Assembly (NCBI GenBank): GCA_964606485.1
Contig: CAZSGP010000004.1
Location: forward strand, 166,376 to 230,375
From: an uncultured Planctomycetia bacterium
GTDB lineage: Bacteria; Omnitrophota; Gorgyraeia; 2-02-FULL-51-18
Direction: 5' to 3'
Length of the DNA stretch: 64,000 bases
The notes under the pieces were generated by a model. The model searched no databases and was not told the origin of the DNA. It saw only the letters and a program-made list of their open reading frames with translations. The translations under genes and the position numbers were made by a program. How positions within the stretch are numbered: the first letter of the stretch is position 1; every line of letters starts with the position of its first letter. Shown piece by piece: positions 57,201 to 63,200 of this stretch.

Positions 57201-60200
57201 AAGGAAGCGTCGTTCGAAGTTTCGCAATCAAATATTTTTGAAACTGCCCATCATACTGCACTCCAGTCATATTTTGAGTCACGAGGAACTTGGGGCGCTT
57301 ATCAATATTCCTCGGGTTGGTTTGGAAAGCCATTAGACCAGATGACTAGCAGTGATTACGAATGGGGATTTGGTAAAGGAGTTGCGGTAGTTGGCCTTTC
57401 TGTAGTCACCTTGGGCGCTTCACTCGCGGGAAATGTTGCTTATGCAACCGCATTTCTAAAAGCGGGGGTATCTGGAGCAGGCTTCAGCGCTTTTGGGGCA
57501 CTTGGGTCGAATGCAATTTCGTACTATAGAACCGGCCAATCCAATTTTAATGGCTATGATCTTTTAGGTTCTATGTTAAGCGGCTATGGCACCGGCGTTT
57601 TAATGGCCGGCGGTACGGCAGGAGCCGCCAAAGTTCTCGGAAATACTAGGATTGGTAATTATTTGTTCGCTTCCAATAGTAGTTCCGCCGCTCAAGCAGG
57701 AAGAAGCCAAGCAGGAGTTCTTGGAATGGCCTGGAGAGCCCGCACCGGCGTGGTCTACGGTTTATCCGGCGGCGGCATGAACGTCGCTCGTCACTATTTG
57801 AATTCCGCTGATGAAAAAGACTATAAACTAATTAGTTTTACAACGCTGGCGGATTTTGGAGTGGGCGCTGTTATTGGAGCTATTTTCGGCGCGGCAGTGG
57901 AACGATTCGGATTACTAAGCGGTACTCTTCGATCTGGAAATAGCGGAGTTGCTGTGGCAGTAAACAGGAGCGTGTCTTATGGCACCTTCATGCTGATGGG
58001 TTCCGTGGTAGGTATCGGCGGTGGAGTTTTCAATAACTTCATCAACAATGACGATCTTTCAAAAAATCTAGTTTCCAATATTTTGATTGGCGCGGTGCTT
58101 GGTGGCATTACACGGGCCTTGTTTGTGAATGTTGCTCCGAGTGCTGCCGCAGAAGCTGGAAACGGCCCACTGTCTGTTTACTCGAGCTCACGTTTTGCAC
58201 GCTTTAACCAGTGGATGAGCGAAAAAGCACTTTCCGCGTCTCCTTCCGGAAATGCCGCCGCGCAAAAATTCTGGCCTACCAATTTGAGAGAGGTTTGGAG
58301 CCAGTCAATGCAAATTCCGAGTCGTGCCTGGTCGAGTGTTGGCGGAATCTGGGGTATGGTTAGGGCCGGTTCTTATGGAGTGGTCGGTGCAACCGTCAAT
58401 GTCATTCGAGATTTCAGCTCTCTTAGAGAAAAAGATGGAACGATCAATTGGTCTAATGTATGGGTCTCGGCGGCGAGTGGTGCCTTAGCGGGAATTGTGT
58501 TGGGCTATGCACTGAGCGCAGTAGGCCGAAGCATGCAGAGCAATGCCTTAAACAAAGTGGAAAAATTAGCCAATTCGAACGAAGCAAAGATTTTCGATGT
58601 GGAAGCCCGCTTCACTACTACTGGGTTCAATCGTCTGAATTCTGTGCTCAATCGTCTAAATAAAGTAGAAGGCCCATTAGCACAGCTAAGGGCGGATATG
58701 GTTCATGGAGCCATTGAATGGATGGCCGTGTCGCCGGCGTTTACTGTCGCAGGTAAATTCTGGAGTTTCATGTTCGACGCGGTTCGCGCTCGCTTCGGCT
58801 CCACCGAAGAGTCCCGAACAGAAGCCGCAGATCGATTCTGGCAAACATGGGACTCTCTTTCTCTTAAGGAAACGTGGGTTAATCTCGGTTATGAATTAGC
58901 CGAAAGCGTGGTCACCGGGCCACAGCATGGATTTTATCTCAAGCCGGTTATCAATTTATTTACACCCAACGCGCCCAAAATAAACGCCGCACAAAACGCG
59001 GAATCGAAAACATGGTTTGAAAGAGTGTCGGACAGGCCGGTGTTGGGACGCGCCGTTAAAGCAACCGCATGGATGGGGCAACAATTCACCATGGCCTTAA
59101 CGGTGCAAGGCTTTGACATTGCCCTCAAGTCCATGTCGGATGATAAAGCCAATCTTGGATTCTCCGAAAGATCACGCGAGGTTTTGAGTTGGGCTTTGCT
59201 CTTTATCAAAGATTACACGCCCGGCCCTGAATTCAACGCAGCCTTTCTTGAAGGCTGGAGCCCGACCGCGCGCATGGCGTACCGCTATGCGGTGCTTGGC
59301 CGTTCCTCCGAAGCTTTGGATAAAGCCAATGAAGCCTTGAGTGGCCCGCTCGATGTTACAAGTGCCGTATGGCTTAATACCTACACCGGCGCTCGTTCCG
59401 AAGAGGCGGGTCGTTTTAAAATGACGGTTGAAGCGAGCTCGCTGGAAGCTGTGTCTACCGGAGATGCTTTTGAGCGGTTGTCTCAAGCTCAACAAGCCCT
59501 GAGTTCGGTGCCGCGGACGGATATTCATTCATTTAATAAAACGCTCGAGGCATTCTCGAAAGCTATTGAAAGCGCGGAAGCTGGATTGGGCGCCCAAGAT
59601 TCACGCGTTCAGGCGGCTAAATCTCAATTAGCCAAAGAAGCTAATTTCCTTTTAGGCTCAGCACTTCAGCGCTTAAGTACAGTGGGTCAACAGGATCTAG
59701 GTGGAGCTAAAACGATGGATGCTGCGCGCGCATCCTCTGAAGCTATTCGCGTGGGCGAATCCATTCTTGGGGCCAGTGACGCAAAAGTTAAAGAAGCTAA
59801 AGCCCGTTTTTCAGAGTTTGCAGTTCGCATTGCTCAAGACGCTGCGGGCGGCATCAACAATATCCGCAGTATGGCCGGCGCCAATATTTCCGATCTAGTC
59901 TTGTTGGCACGTTCGTTTTTTGGAGCCGCAGAGATTGCAACGACTCCGGAATCTGCAACCACTATTTTAAGAGCTATCTTTAATATGGGTCGGCATCTTT
60001 TAAGTTCATCGGTGTTGAACGAGATTGCAAAGCATCCGGACTTCGCAAATTCCATGGCCCAAATATTTTCTTCCATGTCTCAAAGTTTATTGGCGGCCAA
60101 TTTAACGGGTGTGGATCGCGCAACTTTATCGCAAGCGACCAATCAAATAGGGCTTCTTATTATTGGCGCTTCAAAGAGTGGTGTGCCGACATCCTTTACT

Positions 60201-63200
60201 CGCAAGAGCTTTAAAGATTTCCGCCAAGCCTACTCAGAAATGGCGACAGCCTTGAATACCATTGAGCAAATGGGCGCTTCTGCCGGGACGGTGAGAAGAG
60301 CCGCTTCAGAGCTTGGACGCTCGTATGAACGTTTTGTGGCAGTGGCTCAAGATAGCATTGTCTCAAACTTCAAAGACGTTGCATCGGTGTCCGAGCTTAC
60401 GGAGGGTTTAAGAGAAACCACCGAAGCCATGAGTTCAGTGTTCAAATTCATGAACCCCGAAACTGTCCGACGCGTCATGGCGTCTGATCGCGTGGATGTG
60501 ATCATGCACCAAGTTGAAATCGTGATGACTGAACAACTTGAGCAGGCCGTTAAAGGTCTTTCTAGTAAAAATGCCGATGAAGTTCAGGCCTCTCGGCAAG
60601 AACTGGGACGGATTGTGAAAGCTTTGGAAAATGCGCGGCTCTTTTTTGAGGGAGCCGGAACTTCAGGGCTTGTCGGCGACCGCAGAGGTGCCGCTGAAAC
60701 GGCGGAACGCATCACCGCGACGTTAAAATCCGTTTCGCGGAGAAATCCGGCGGCTAAAGACATGATTGCGGCTGAACGGGCCAAAATATCTCCAACGCAG
60801 TTGAATGTCGAGGCCATTTCTACACATGCGGTGGTTCGTCAAATCAATTCGGACATGGCAGTGGCCCAGGCGATTGCCGCAGGCTCCGGTGGAACAGAAA
60901 TGCTCCGCGGGTTAATCGGTAAGAGTCAGGCGAACTACATTCGCGGGGAACAGAATGGAACACGTTTTTCGCTAGAGCGTATCGCGGTTGTGCGAGCGAT
61001 TGAAAATAGAGTTCGCAGAGCCACCGAAGCTCGTGAGAAAGTTTCGAAGCGGCTTCAGGGAATGACCCGTGATCTAGGTAAATTAAACAAACAAATCGAA
61101 GAGCTCCGCTCCAAAAATTCCAGTGATCCTAAAGAGTTGGATAAACTGCGGAATCTGGAAAATTCCCGGGCGCAATTATTACTGCACGAGCTTTCCGTCA
61201 AGCATCGCGTGGCGGATTTGGAATACCGCGAGTCCATGGCCTTAGGACTGACGCCAAGCTTAACTGAAAAAATTGCGGAACGAGATGGGGTTGAACTCAA
61301 AAAAAATGCCCAGGAATATTTTGAACTCGCCGAAAAATTCTTAAAATCCGGTGATCTTGGACAACCCTTCACGCTAAAGGCCCTGAAAAAAGCGCATGAG
61401 CTTTTCGAAAAAAGCAGTGAGCGTTTTTCAGATACGACTAAACTTTACGAAGCCCAGTTCAATGACCCGGCGAATAAAGACGATGCGGCCCGTAAAACCA
61501 ATTTGATCGATGCGATGGCTAAATTTTCTCAGGAAGCTGTGAAATCGCTTCAATCCGCCGCTTCCGTTTTTGCATCAGCAAAAACGCTGGCGCGTTCCAT
61601 GCGCCTTCTCGCCCGCGCGGCAGCTTCCGAAGCCAAAAAAGCTAGAGTTGAAATCGATACTCTTTCAAAGGATGTAACCGCCGCACGCCGAGAAGAAACA
61701 CAGCTCGCGCAAGCTCGTATCAAAGTCGCGGAAGCAAAAATCGCGGCTCTCTCCGATAGAATTTCACGCACCGGCGCCTCGCTTAAAGAAGGGAGCGCAG
61801 ATCTAAAAGTAACCAAAGACAGAGTGACTCGTCAAAATCTAGAAGCGACCCTCAACAAAATTTCAAAAGATTTATTAAGCGACAGAATGGAACTTAAAAA
61901 AGTACAAGCCTCTATGGCGAAAGACAAAGAATTAATTTCTAAGCAACCGGAGGCGGTGTCTGCTATTGCATCCCTGACAAAAAGTGCCCGCGCTGCGGAT
62001 ATGAAATCAAAATCCTTAAAAGTCGGCATTAATTCTATAAATAAACAAGCCAAAGCGTTTATTGCCCAAAAATCAAAAGTCACCCAGGCGAAATTAAGCG
62101 TAGCGCTGCGCGCACAAAAAGCCGCGGACACATTGGCGGTCGCCGCAGGACGTCATTACACTCCAGAAGTGATGCAAGCCATCAAACAGCTTTGGCTCTC
62201 TCGCGCCGAGCAATCCATGTCACACGATGAAGCGCTACGCATTGCTTCCTCCGACATGGCCCCCACGGACTTAATTAGCATAGACGCCATTGGCGGAAAA
62301 ATTGAATTCCGCGCGGGTGATTTGAAAGCCGCCGCCACCGAAAAAGCATTGGCTAAAGAAATGCGAGATGCACATGGCGAAAATCCGATTGCCGCAGGAC
62401 TTCAGGCGCTCAAGCGCTATCGCAACGCTCCGGACTCGATCACAGTTCGCGACTCCCAGGGCCAGTTGCGCACTTTGGAATGGAGCGAAAATTTAGCCGA
62501 AGCCAATCAAAGGCTTTTGGCGCGCAATTTCTCTGCCAAAGCAGCTAATGCGACGAGTTTCCTTTTCGCAAGACCTGGAGACAAAATTGATCTCGTTGAT
62601 GGAAACGGTGCAGTCATAGAATCGGTGGATGTGACACGGACGATGAAAGACGCCGCCAATAAAACGTGGCAAGAACTCGTCTCCACAAGCCGTGGCTATC
62701 GCAATGTATTTAAAGCGGAAGCGGTGAAAGCGGCTGATAAAGAGCAAGCCGGTATCGAGCTACAAATTGCGTCGAGCGTTGGCACGGTCACCATCGATAA
62801 TTTTAATCGAATGATTGAAGTTTTTGACCGAATCGATCATCTGGAGAACTCAGGCCTGCTTCCTTCTTCAAGAAAAAATGAGTGGAATCTTAAAAAAGAC
62901 AATTTGATGATGCAGCTCGTCAGATTTCTGGATGCAGGAACCGGAAAAGAGCGCTCTTCACAGTCCCCCAAAGACGTCCTGCGTCAGAGTTTTGTAGATT
63001 TTATAAATCGCAATTCAATCACGGATCAAGAAACGGCGTTCTTTACAGTAATGGTGTCGATTGACCGCATGACGGGCGGGGATTTGATGAACAAACTCGG
63101 GGATGGCGCAGAAAGTTTTGAGAAGAAATTCGCAGACATTCAAAATCACGTAGTCACGGACGCGAAGGCTCAATTAGAAAGCAGCTCTTTGGCCCAGCGC